DNA of 61,513 nucleotides, filler included. It is 5 parts of 5 records of this genome, joined end to end, with 100 filler letters (N's around TTAATTAATTAA, not from the genome) between each part and the next. Parts side by side here need not be neighbours in the genome. Positions count along the whole stretch, not along the records: positions 1 to 7,990 come from DRR378314_848; positions 8,091 to 29,166 come from DRR378314_852; 3 more parts are not named here. The stretch is one strand, 5' to 3'. The notes beneath the pieces are model-generated. The model worked only from the letters and a program-made list of their open reading frames with translations. It was not told the origin of the DNA and did no database searches. Both the position numbers and the translations under genes were made by a program. Shown here piece after piece: positions 1 through 10,314 of this stretch. Numbering within the stretch: position 1 is the first letter of the stretch; the number at the start of each line of letters is the position of its first letter.

Positions 1-1765
1 GCCAAGCAATTCCCCCGCGAGCGCAGCGCCCAGCTTTGGTGTTCAGGTACTCCTCTCCCCAGCATGTCACCTGGGTTGGCTCGTTTCAAACAAGATAGAA
101 TGCAATGGCGCAAAAACGGATTTTGCAATGCGTCCGCTCGCACATCGCAGACCGCTTAGCGAAGAGTGCACCTGCGCGTGCAAGATGGCAGGGAGCGCCC
201 TGCTTGCACGTACATCGACAACAACGCGCTGCAGAATCTCGCGTCCAACCAGCTGAGCTGCGTTTGCGCGTGCCATTGCCGCTTTCTCACGCGACCGCCG
301 TCTCCTTTCGCTTCTGCTTATATTCGAGAGTACCGTGAAATCGAGTGCAGTATTCCCACTGCGCAATATGTCTGCGGTCGGCTCCTGCACACTTCTCGCC
401 ACCTAGCGTCAGAGTCCACTCGCGGAGCGCGCAGCCCAGCAGCGCTTTACCGAGGAGACGGACCCGCGCGTACGCACAGCGACAGCGCGGCTTGCTTCCA
501 GCTGGTGCGTTGTTCCCCCTGTGCCAGCGACCTGTCTTGCCAAGCGCAGTCCCGATGGGCACCGTCACGGAGCAAGAGAGGGTGCCACGCACGCAATTTT
601 CTACATGAGCAGAAAAAAAAGGAAAGAGAAAATCAAGATTGGTCGCAGAGCACCTCGGAGGAACAGCGGGAACGCCGTGCGACTGGCGGCGCCGCAGCGC
701 AAGTTATCTTTCCGCGCGAGCCAAGCAGTGGCGTGGTTTCGTTCACGCACAGCGAAGGTCGCCTCACTTGCGACACGGGGAAAACGGAGCACTTCAGAAA
801 CCTCGCACGCGTTCCACACACACTTATCCCACTGTATCTATTGGTACTTCATACGTGCTATGCATAATCTTGTGTAGCGAAGCCCGGAGCCGGTCCCGGA
901 GGGAGGTGCGAGAGCGCGCTGCGCGGGCACGCACAAGGCTTGAGCGAGCACAGGTCAAGCGTGGGCGTGTTTTCACACAAGTTTCAATTTTACTTGCGCA
1001 CAGCAGTAAGGACAGCCGTTCGCTTTGGAGAGGAAGCGACATCGTGCAGCCAAAAGGCGCACAGCTCCCCTTTCGCCAATTCCAGGCTTACTACTCGTGC
1101 CTCTTCCTTTCGGCCCACTTCTCTCACGCCATCGAAATGGCGGATATGGAGTGGCGTATTCGCGCAATCAGTGCCGCCGTTTGCCGAAAGGACGTCCATC
1201 GCACCTCGCGCGCCGCACAGCGAAACAGAGTCGCCCAGAGAGATTGCCGTCGCGACGCGCGCGTGTGTGCCAATGCGGGGGCGCAGTCCAATTTGGGAAC
1301 ACCGAGACGTGACCGATAAAGTAGTAAGGGTCTATTGTACTTCCACCGCGCCGCCGCGAAACTCGCGCCGGACTCCCTCTGAGCGCTCGACACTGTGCGC
1401 GAACCTGCGAGTGCGCAAATATCAAGCAGCGGTCATTTCCGTTTCTCGCTTTCCGTCGCAATCTCCCGAAACGAATCATCGACTAGAGAGCGCAATAGCA
1501 ACGTGTTGCTTCATTGTGTGCGTAGGACTAGGAGCGTGGGCTGCTCCTTGACGTTGAGGGTGTACGTGAGAGCGAACAGAAAACGAGCGCGCCCGTAGCA
1601 CGTTCGCGTCGCTCCATTTCTCACTGGAAGTCTTGTGCCTCACTTTCTACGAGGATATTTGTGCACCAGCGCAACCTGGTCACGTGCATTGGCACGTGCT
1701 AGCTATGTTTTAGGTGTTCCTGCTCTCGTGGTGTTTCTGTTGCCGTGGGAGCGGGCGCGTAGGCC

Positions 1766-3388
1766 ATGTTGCCGTCTGGCCTACCCGTGGTGCGATGGCG
1801 TGTCGCGAGCGTGGTTCGCGACGCCGGCGCGCTCCGGCTCGAGCGAAGCTCCCTGATCCGATTCTTAGCAAGTGGCTCGAAGAACGCAAGGCGAATTTCT
1901 CTCAATCGAGCAGCTATCCAACGATACAAAATTGAGCAAGTCCTGGAGTGTGGTATGGAGCTCAAGGTGCGCACCGTGAGGCACAGCGCGTTGCCCGCGT
2001 TCGTGCCGCGCTCGCTGCGCAACCACGCCCGAGGCGCCTCTGCCGTGCAGCGTGCGCTCTCCGCTCTGTCGCGCTCCCAGAGTGCTGTGCTCGACACAGA
2101 AGATTCCTTAGATTGAAAGCGCATTTGTGGAAATGTGTAAAGAAACGATCCTGCTCGCGCGCTTGTCATCATTTATGCTACTGGATGTGCCAGTTTCTTG
2201 CCTGCTTTGTTCGTCAGCAAACTTCGGAGTGCTCCGCTTTCGCGCACGGTACCGTACTCTTTCCACTGACAAAACGCGAATTTCCACGGCCATGCGCGCG
2301 CACCTGTGGCTCTCCCGCAATTTGCAGGGCACCGAAGTTAAGTCGCTGCGTGCGGGAAATTGCGACATTTCGGCCGCGGTTGCCATTGTGCGAGAAAAGG
2401 AGCTGTTTCTGCGTCAGTGCACAATACCGGAGTACGACGGAGGCCGCATTGGCCGGCACGGACCAGACCGCGAGCGCCGCCTCCTGGCTCATCGCCGCGA
2501 AATCCAACAAATGGAAAAGTTTCTCTCAGACCCAAATCACACGCTGGTACGTAGAATAGACATTCCTGGTCGCACATTCTGCGTTCGGGTAGGTGGGTGA
2601 GGCAGAGGTATCGATCACGATCTCTCTCTTCGCCAAAGAATGTGGGACTTCTCCTGTTGCTCACGTCACGGTTGTTGTCGAGAATCTCCCGTGTGTTTCC
2701 TTGTTCGAGACGCGCGTTTGCGTGTGTGCCCCTACAAAGTATTATTTTCTCAATTCTACGGCTTATGTACATGTCATCCTCTACTTCTGTAGTGAAATCA
2801 ATTCGCTGTTTGATATTTGCCTAGCGCAGTGCTGAGTCTATCATCGTGACACTGCACAGCATCGTTTTCCTGATCGCTCCGTTTCTCTCACGTCCGCTAT
2901 TCCATTTTTGCGCGGATTTGGCTTCGCTGCGATGATGGCTGTTAAACGACACTCCCTAGATACCAACAAAGGTCTATTTCAATGATAACGGAATCGCGAA
3001 AATCGAGCTCGGCTACTGTCTTGGTCGTCGCCAATCTGACACACGCGAGAATGAAAAGGTACGTGAATCTCGCTCTCTCGTCGTGTTTTGCCTGTTCTCG
3101 GATATCTACGGACGTGTTCTCGTGCTCTACGCGATACAATGTCGTTTCATAAAGCAAAATACCAGTTTGTCATAGGGTAATGAGGAAAGAGGAGTTCACG
3201 AAAGAGCGATTCCCTTCCATATGTTCTGATCGCACGGAGATTTTCTGTGTCGGGTTTCGGCACCGTTGTTCTCCTCGTTGCTCAGCGAATACTCATGATG
3301 GATTTATTTCCGTCGTTTTCGCGACGTTTCTTTTTCCGAGCAGGACAAAATGCACTCGAAAGCCGCTCGATCGGCGCGATCATTTTGA
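1766..3388 (+). CDS. smpB: SsrA(tmRNA)-binding protein SmpB, nuclear-encoded, intron-containing, with putative organellar targeting peptide
   Basis: Exons 1766-1966, 2328-2546 and 2960-3058 join in frame through phase-0 GT..AG introns (GTGCGC..TTTGCAG; GTACGT..CCCTAG). The product reads ...RISLNRAAIQRYKIEQVLECGMELK|GTEVKSLRAGNCDISAAVAIVREKELFLRQCTIPEY...HGPDRERRLLAHRREI...HTL|IPTKVYFNDNGIAKIELGYCLGRRQSDTRENEK. This matches the SmpB motifs NR.A...Y, EaG..L.GTEVKSLR.G, R.RkLL.H+REI, TL.P.k.Y and G++..DkRE. A third donor (GTACGT) is at 3059. The last exon 3344-3388 (DKMHSKAARSARSF*) is tentative. Confidence 0.9.
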
Positions 3389-4421
3389 ATTACAGTACTG
3401 GGAGGAAAATATTCCCTGTAGAACTTCGTCGTTCCTTCTCGTAGTGTTTGTTTGTCCTCTCTGTCGCGCAAACGTGGTTTCATGTCCCTTTTCTTGCTTC
3501 ATGACTTGCTCGTACTTGGTCATTTTTTCTTTTGTACTCTAGAGACACTGTATCGCTTTCCGATGGTGCCTTGGTAGCGACGGAACGTGTTCGGAGCGAA
3601 AGTGTGCTACGATTGGTCTTTCGTCGTGTGTTACCTGCTTTTTTCAGCTGTGTTTTCACAGCGCTTGAGGTCTCTCTTTGTCATTTCCCTTCACGGATCT
3701 ACTTCAAATACATTCCCGAATCCCCATCATACGAGTTCATGACCTTCACCATCTCCTGATTGAGGTCATCTCTGTGGAAGATAACGGGATTGAGTGCATG
3801 ACGTACGTTTTCTTCTTTGCGGCGCGATTTCGCGTAAATCTCGCACTTGTTGCGCTCTGAATCGGCGACATCAACAGCGGTTTTTGTGCGAGAAAAGAGC
3901 GTTTCGGTTCGAAACTCTTTTGCACAATGAGATCCACCTCCCTCGCCCTTCCACCACGCACAAGATTTATTCGCGAAACGAGGAGCAAAGAAGCTACGAT
4001 GCGCCGTAATCCATCGACTAGCACCCGTATTTGCTCCTATTTCTTGCTTTGGGGATAAAGAGGAACCGAAGGTGAAGCTGCAGACACGATCACGTTCCTC
4101 GTGTACGTCTCACGCTAATCTACACAAGTTTCGCACAATGTTGCACTCTCAAATCCTGCAAAAACAAATACGCGGAAGATAATCATCCCATTCATTCTTT
4201 ATCAGACATTTGACTATGAAAAAGTCGTTGGTAGTTCACAAAAGCGACAGAAAACAACAACAACCAAAACCAGCAGAAGTCCATATCATTCTAACCCTGA
4301 ATGTACTTTCCAAGTTCCCTATTGGAGATCAGTATCGAATACGAAAAAAAAAAAAACAATCAGCGAAACCAGACAGTCTCCTGTATCGATACTTTTCACA
4401 ATCGTCACGCCGTTGCGATCG

Positions 4422-7400
4422 CTACTGATCAACATCCATTGCATTCGCATCCTCTTTCTTTTCCGCTGCTTTTACGTCGTCCATATCAATATCGCCGGTC
4501 TTGAGCTTCTCCTCCAGCCGTTGGATTTCTTCCAGCGACGTTGCGTTTGCAATCGCTTCTTTGAGCTTGGCAATCGCCTCTTTGGAAGGCCCTTTGGCTA
4601 CGAAAAGAAAGAAACAAACATGAAAGACAACCACGAATAAGGAACGCTAGCAGGAGAGATATCGGAGAGAAGAACACGCGAAGGATGGATAACGAAATCA
4701 CGGACAATGATGGTGAGAGTATGGAGACAGAATCGACAGAGACTCCATTCCGCCTCGGAGCAAATACTACTACGACATTGTTCCACTACTCTTCGCTCCT
4801 TTGATCGTAATGTGAATCTGCACAGCAGCACAGCGCCATGCGTAGAGCTACTGCAAATCCGAAACGCGTTCTCACGCTCACCGAGACAACAAAAATCGAC
4901 GTATGTAGACGAAATGCTCGCAATGGCGATCGTAGAGCACGTCAGTGACATTCGTGATGAAACGACAACGTCCAACAACATTCCCCGTCATCTCTTTCGC
5001 CACGACTGTAATTTCTCATACTCGGGCGCGAAAACACTACACTCAAACCTTTCGCTCCTCCACCACTACTACAGCGTTCGCTTGAACGATTCTACAACGT
5101 ACATGCAGTATCATCCACGTCAAACGTTTTTGCTTGTTTGGATTCGTGCATTTGCTCCTGCAGTTCTTTCCCTTTACTCCCTCCAAAGAGCTTCTTGGCT
5201 TCTTGGCGTTCCGCATCTTTAACTTTACGAAAATCGAGAATGCGCAATTGAGGAAGCTGCAACGAGAAACGAATAGTGGTCAAAGCGAAAGAAAGTTTGA
5301 ATGTGATAGACGAATCGCAGAGATGGAAAAGCTGATTGCACATGATTGGAAGCGTGACGTACAGATTACGCGGAACAACCGACGAGCTATTGCTCCAACA
5401 AGAAGCGAAACTGAAACGAACTGTGTACAACACACTGTGTGTGAATGCGCGGCCGCCACGAATTATTGACGATAGATGTACGCTTCAGCACGGAGGGACT
5501 GACGCGCTTCACATGTGTATTTGCAGCTTCTTTAAGTGCCAGAGGACTAACTTGGTTCATCTCTTGCACTATCATGTTGGTTCACAGAGCAACTCTGCGA
5601 ACAAAAGAACACAAACACACGTCTTGCAATGGACTGCAGCGACATACATGCAGTCTATGGACCACGTAGAGGTGTGTTCTGTCCCTTTTGGATGCATCCG
5701 TACCTTGAATATAGTGTACAGACGGTAGTTCTCCCTTGTTCGGATCGGATTCTCCAACAGGCTTAATCGAATGAGGCTTTTGAAGCCGGAAAGCGCATCA
5801 ACCGCCTCTGCTCCATCAGAAATAATAATAATAAACATCGGTATTTGCAACAGAGCATTGGATCATTAGATATATGGTTCGAAACGTAACAGTAAAAGCG
5901 GTCCGGCGGGGGAGAACCGAATTCCAAGCGAAAAATAGAAGCGACACCATTCTTTACACTTCATCATCGTGTCACTGCACGTTCTCCACATTGTCTACAA
6001 CAGAGCTGAATGCATTCTTCTCTCGTACGCCAAACGTTCCTCACCGTCTTCTATATTCCTTACAACACTATAGATAAAAAGAATACCTAGGAAACGCACC
6101 AAAGTCGCGGATACTGTTCCCTGACAGAACAAGTGTTTCCAACGCGGTCAAGTTACGAGCCAGATTCGGCGCAATCGACGTGATGCGGTTACGACTTGCC
6201 AAAATTGTACGCAATCGCTATGGTGAGAAACGAAGACAATAAAAGCAGATGAAAGAGGAGCACACACGTTAAGAATGAGAATACATACCAGTACGATCCG
6301 AAAGAGCAAAGACGGAGCAAGGAAATGAGTACAAACAAAAAGTGTGCTTGATGGTTTCTCCCTCTCATCCGCGTTACAACAACCGCGAAGAGACGCACTT
6401 TCTGCACTTTCTACACCGGAAAACCAGCACACAGACGCGACGAAAGAAGTACCAAAGCCATCGCACAGCCAACTATGCATCAGTATCAACCGCTGCGCTC
6501 GTCGCGGGAATACATGGAAACTTGTGATTCAGTACCTGAAAACGAGGAATGTTTTCTAGTCTCGCGATTTCATTCTCGGAAATGTCAATTGTGTCAAACT
6601 GGTCTTTCGCAGCACCGAGATTCTCGATCACAGCGATTTTGTTTCCTGCAATCGCATGCGCAAACCAAACGCACAGCAATTCACCGAGGCCAAGGATAAG
6701 ACACGCATTGATTATAATGACATGAGAAACGGGGGGTATTCAGTCTTGCTGAGAATGCCGGAAGCGCAGCGAAACGCTTCGTGGGAAGAAGAGCAGCGCA
6801 GCACCGTCGAGCGGTTCCGCTTCCGCGCGCGAACCTCACGGTGTACGACGACGCCGTACAGTTCTCCATACTCGAACTACTTCCCCACCGCAACACCGCG
6901 CCCCTTTCTCTCTCTCGCTCTCGTGAATAGATTTCTACTCTTGCAATGTGTGCAGATGCACTGTGTTGCGACACCGCCCCGTAATCCCGTGCGGTACGAA
7001 ATCGGTGGAGTGGCGTTTGCGCCACAAGGCGATATGGGGGCCCGCGAGCCACCTGAACGCCGCAACACCACAGGAAACAACAAGCGCAAATTACTGAAAG
7101 GCACGCAAAATCAAAGACACTACACTATTTTCATCTGAAGTACAAGAACGGAAAATAGTTTTAGAAATAGCGAAGGGTGGAATATCCGGCGTGTTTCGTC
7201 GTGGAATACAGCCGGGAATGTACGCGAGGAGAAGAGCAGCAGCACACGAACGCGCACAGCAACAAGCCGAAGCGGAGCGCGAAGACCCGCGTACTAGCGC
7301 CAAACGAATCACAAACGCCTTGCTCCCCCGTTTGAAAGAGCGAGCAGACTCTTTGAAACGATCCGCTTCATATGATACAATTATTCAAAGGCTTCCAGAG

Positions 7401-7918
7401 CGGTCTACGGTGTAATTGCGTTCATAGGTCCGAGGCGGCGGCGCGGTGCGCAGTCACGGTCTCCCTCGCGCGTTCTCTCTCACTCTCTCTCTCGAGCAAA
7501 CGCGGCGTTTCCGCGCCTTTCGCGCCGCACACGCACGCTATTCCCCGCAGAAACGCCCGAGCGCCACAAAGCCACCACATATTGGACATCTACGTCTCAC
7601 ACGTCGTATTCTCCTCATATGCGCCTTCCCGGTACTTTTTTCTTTCTCTCTCTCTCTCCCCCTCCTTTTCTCGCTCTCGCTCGCTCGCGCTTGTGCGGAG
7701 CGGCGCGCGGGCGGAGCCCCCGCGGGGGCGGCGCGCGCACGAACGAGCGCACGAGCACACGCACAAAAGCCTCAGACAGAGCCGCAATGACGTGCAGAAC
7801 GCAGAATTTCCATACTGACAAGAAGATAAGGAAACGTACCGCGCAAATCGAGCTCGCGTTCGCGAATAGGATTCACAAACTGCGGCGATTTCGCGATGAG
7901 ATCCGCGGTGAGACGCAT
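4422..7918 (-). CDS. SNRPA1: U2 snRNP protein A' (Lea1/SNRPA1), leucine-rich repeat spliceosomal protein, 6 exons
   Basis: Exons (minus strand) 7918-7840, 6645-6536, 6217-6100, 5807-5704, 5256-5103 and 4597-4422 join with consistent phases through GT..AG introns: 741 nt, 246 aa. Translation: MRLTADLIAKSPQFVNPIRERELDLRGNKIAVIENLGAAKDQFDTIDISENEIARLENIP...LSLLENPIRTRENYRLYTIFKLPQLRILDFRKVKDAERQEA...IANATSLEEIQRLEEKLKTG, which is typical U2A'. Confidence 0.95.
7645..7658. repeat. (TC)n microsatellite in intron 1 of the U2A' gene
   Basis: TCTCTCTCTCTCTC. Similar CT runs occur near 6907-6916 and 7474-7493. Confidence 0.7.
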
Positions 7919-7990
7919 CGCGGCGCGCGGTGGTCGGGGAGCAAGGGGCGCGGTGCAGTGCGCGCTCGCACGGCACTCGCAAACATCGAC

Positions 7991-8090
7991 NNNNNNNNNN
8001 NNNNNNNNNNNNNNNNNNNNNNNNNNNNNNNNNNTTAATTAATTAANNNNNNNNNNNNNNNNNNNNNNNNNNNNNNNNNNNNNNNNNNNN
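7991..8090. other. Artificial contig-joining spacer
   Basis: 44 N + TTAATTAATTAA (stops in all six frames) + 44 N. Confidence 0.98.
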
Positions 8091-8120
8091 TTGTGCGAGC
8101 GGGCCTCGCCCGCGAAAGGC
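8091..8120 (+). repeat. REP-like extragenic palindrome
   Basis: TTGTGCGAGCGGGCCTCGCCCGCGAAAGGC with hairpin GCGGGC-CTC-GCCCGC. It aligns over 30 nt with the reverse complement of 40553-40582. Confidence 0.7.
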
Positions 8121-8178
8121 CGGCAAGCCGGCCGGCAGGATCCCAGAGGCGCCTCCCTGGAGGGTCACACCGGGCGGT

Positions 8179-9183
8179 CTACCGACCCGCCGCCCGACGC
8201 TCCTCCTCGATGACTTGGACCAGTTCCTCGACCGGCAACGCCCGACTCCGATGCGCTCCGGTCCCGGCCCACAGGCTCTTCCATTCGACGCCGGCGGCCT
8301 TGCGCAACGGCGAGGTGAGCCGGTGCTGGTCCGGGTAGGGCGCCACCTCGGTGGGCGCCCGCCCGTCCATCCAGGCGTTGGCGATGCCCCGCGCCCAGCG
8401 CCCGGACACCGCCCGGGTCACCGCGGTGGCGTCCGGCCCCGCGTCGGCCAATGCCTGGCGCCAGCCCTCGGCGGTGCCGGCCTCCGGGCAGCGCAAAAAC
8501 GCCGTGCCCAGCTGGCCGGTGGCCGCGCCGGCGGCCATCACCCGCGCCACGTCGGCGCCGTCCATCAGGCCGCCGGCGGCGATCAGCGGCGTCGCGATGT
8601 CCTGGCAGGCGCCCAGCAGCGCGTCCAGCGGCTGGCCTTCGCCTTGCGGGTCGGCCCCGCCACGGTGGCCGCCGGCTTCCTCGCCCTGCAGCACGATGCC
8701 GTCGACGCCGTCGCCGGCCAGCGCCAGCGCCTCGTCACGGTGCGTGGCGGTGCCCACCAGGGTGATGCCGCGCGCCCGGCAGGCCGCCATCATCGATTTG
8801 GGCAGGCGCCCGAAGGTCCAGGAAAACACCGCCGGGCGCGCCTCCAGCATGGCCTCGAACTGCTCACGGAAATCCGGCAGCGGCGGAAAATCATCCGGCA
8901 CCGGCACGCCGGCCTGCCGGTAGCAGGGCGACAGCGCCTTCAGGGCCGCCCGCCATTCCGCGTCGGTGGCGTCCCGTTCGGCGGGAATAAACAGATTGAT
9001 GGCGAAAGCGTCGCCGCCCGCCGCCCGCACGCCCTCGGCGGCGGCCATGATGGCGTCGCCGCTTAAATAGCCGGCGCCCACCGAGCCGAGCGCGCCGGCG
9101 CGGCTGGCGCCGGCCACGACGTCAGCGGTGGACAGGCCGCCGGCCATCGGCGCCTGGATCAAGGAGTAGTCTTGGAACGCCAT
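8179..9183 (-). CDS. Nitronate monooxygenase family flavoprotein
   Basis: Motifs LIQAPMAGG, QGEEAGGHRG, IAAGGLMDG, GTAFLRCPEAG, TRAVSGRWARG and SLWAG. Confidence 0.92.
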   Translation of the reverse strand: MAFQDYSLIQAPMAGGLSTADVVAGASRAGALGSVGAGYLSGDAIMAAAEGVRAAGGDAFAINLFIPAERDATDAEWRAALKALSPCYRQAGVPVPDDFPPLPDFREQFEAMLEARPAVFSWTFGRLPKSMMAACRARGITLVGTATHRDEALALAGDGVDGIVLQGEEAGGHRGGADPQGEGQPLDALLGACQDIATPLIAAGGLMDGADVARVMAAGAATGQLGTAFLRCPEAGTAEGWRQALADAGPDATAVTRAVSGRWARGIANAWMDGRAPTEVAPYPDQHRLTSPLRKAAGVEWKSLWAGTGAHRSRALPVEELVQVIEEERRAAGR

Positions 9184-9206
9184 GGCGCCTCCGGTGTGCT
9201 AACGGT

Positions 9207-10172
9207 TCAGGATTTCGGTTGCGGCAGCGAGTAGGGCAGGTCCAGCGGCTCGGCGTGCAGCGGCTGGTCACCATGGTAGAGCTCGCCCTCGTGGGTCACG
9301 CGCAGCGCCGCCAGTGCCACCGGGGCCGGCGCGCCCGGGGCGCTGTCGACCACTTCGCCCACCGCCTTGCCGTCGGCGTTACGCAGGCTTTCCCCGGCCT
9401 GCAGCGGCGGCCCCTGGTACTGAAAGGCGCGCATCCGCTGCTTGAGCTTGCCCTTGAAGTGCATCCGCGCCACCACTTCCTGGCCGGTGTAGCAGCCCTT
9501 CTTGAAGCTGACGCCGCCGAGCACGTCGTAATTCAGCACCTGGGGCAGGAACAGGTCCTCGCCGCCGGAGAACACCTGGGCCTCGCCCGCCAGAATGTCC
9601 TGGAAGCGGGCGCCGTTGCTGTCCACCAGGGCGCGCTCGGCGCTCAGCGCCTGCCAGTGGGCGCCCAGCAGGCCGGGGGCCGCCACCAGCAGCGCCACGT
9701 CCGCATGGGCGTAGCGCAGCACGGTGATGCCGTCGCGGTGGGCGCTCTGCCCGGCGCCGGGCACCGGCAGGCCGGCCTCGGCGAGGGTGCCGTCGACGCC
9801 GCCGCTGAGCTGCGCCACCGCCAGTTCCGGGTCAGGCTGGAAATCGGCCTTGGCGCGCAGTTTGTATTTCTCGAAGCAGCGCAGGGTGTCGTCCACCCGG
9901 GCCTGGGGCACCACCAGCAGGTAGCCGCCGGGCATCGCCGCCACCCGGGCGCTGACCAGCCCCCGGCCCTTCAGGGAAAGGTGCATGGCCAGCCGCTGGG
10001 CGCCTTCGTCGATGTGCTTGAGGTCGGCGGTGATCTGTCCCTGCAGATAGTCGCCGGCTTCGTCGCCGGTCACGCGGATCACCGCCAGGTGGTCGCAAAG
10101 CGCCAGCGCCGGTTGCCGCACGCCGCCCGCGCTGGGTTGCTGATCGCCGAGAATGGCTTGCCAGGTGCTCAT
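9207..10172 (-). CDS. ygfZ: Folate-binding Fe-S cluster repair protein YgfZ
   Basis: Signature VSFKKGCYTGQEVVARM and YLQGQITAD. Start set at ATG 10172 because the longer ORF overlaps sdhE. Divergent from sdhE, as is usual. Confidence 0.93.
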   Translation of the reverse strand: MSTWQAILGDQQPSAGGVRQPALALCDHLAVIRVTGDEAGDYLQGQITADLKHIDEGAQRLAMHLSLKGRGLVSARVAAMPGGYLLVVPQARVDDTLRCFEKYKLRAKADFQPDPELAVAQLSGGVDGTLAEAGLPVPGAGQSAHRDGITVLRYAHADVALLVAAPGLLGAHWQALSAERALVDSNGARFQDILAGEAQVFSGGEDLFLPQVLNYDVLGGVSFKKGCYTGQEVVARMHFKGKLKQRMRAFQYQGPPLQAGESLRNADGKAVGEVVDSAPGAPAPVALAALRVTHEGELYHGDQPLHAEPLDLPYSLPQPKS

Positions 10173-10314
10173 AATGCCCCTTTCCTTAGAATATCGAGCT
10201 TGGAAATAGCGAGTGCCGCGCCAGAGTTTGGGGCGCATGGCTGTAAACCAAGGCCCATGATGATAGATAATCCACCCCTGATCTGTCAGTCCATCAGCCA
10301 AAGAGGCGCCATCA

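Noticed and set aside
1745-1756. GTGGGAGCGGGC on the eukaryotic contig, matching the bacterial REP prefix
   Set aside because: No downstream hairpin arm or GCGAA follows; a chance 12-mer.
1766-3058. smpB as bacterial contamination or a frameshifted pseudogene
   Set aside because: The interruptions are canonical GT..AG introns that restore the frame exactly, and the gene shares a contig with U2A'.
3176-3229. Alternative smpB last exon after CATAG (GNEERGVHERAIPFHMF*)
   Set aside because: It has a weak polypyrimidine tract, gives a much shorter intron than the others, and the tail is not basic. 3344-3388 is preferred, but neither is proven.
5816-5967. Possible intronic C/D snoRNA (ATGATGA ... 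CTGA, minus strand)
   Set aside because: The CTGA lies a few bases from the acceptor and is better explained as a branch point. No terminal stem is evident.
8035-8046. TTAATTAATTAA as a biological repeat or recombination site (also at 29211, 40497 and 54887)
   Set aside because: It is always centred in exactly 44+44 N and gives stops in all six frames, so it is an assembly linker.
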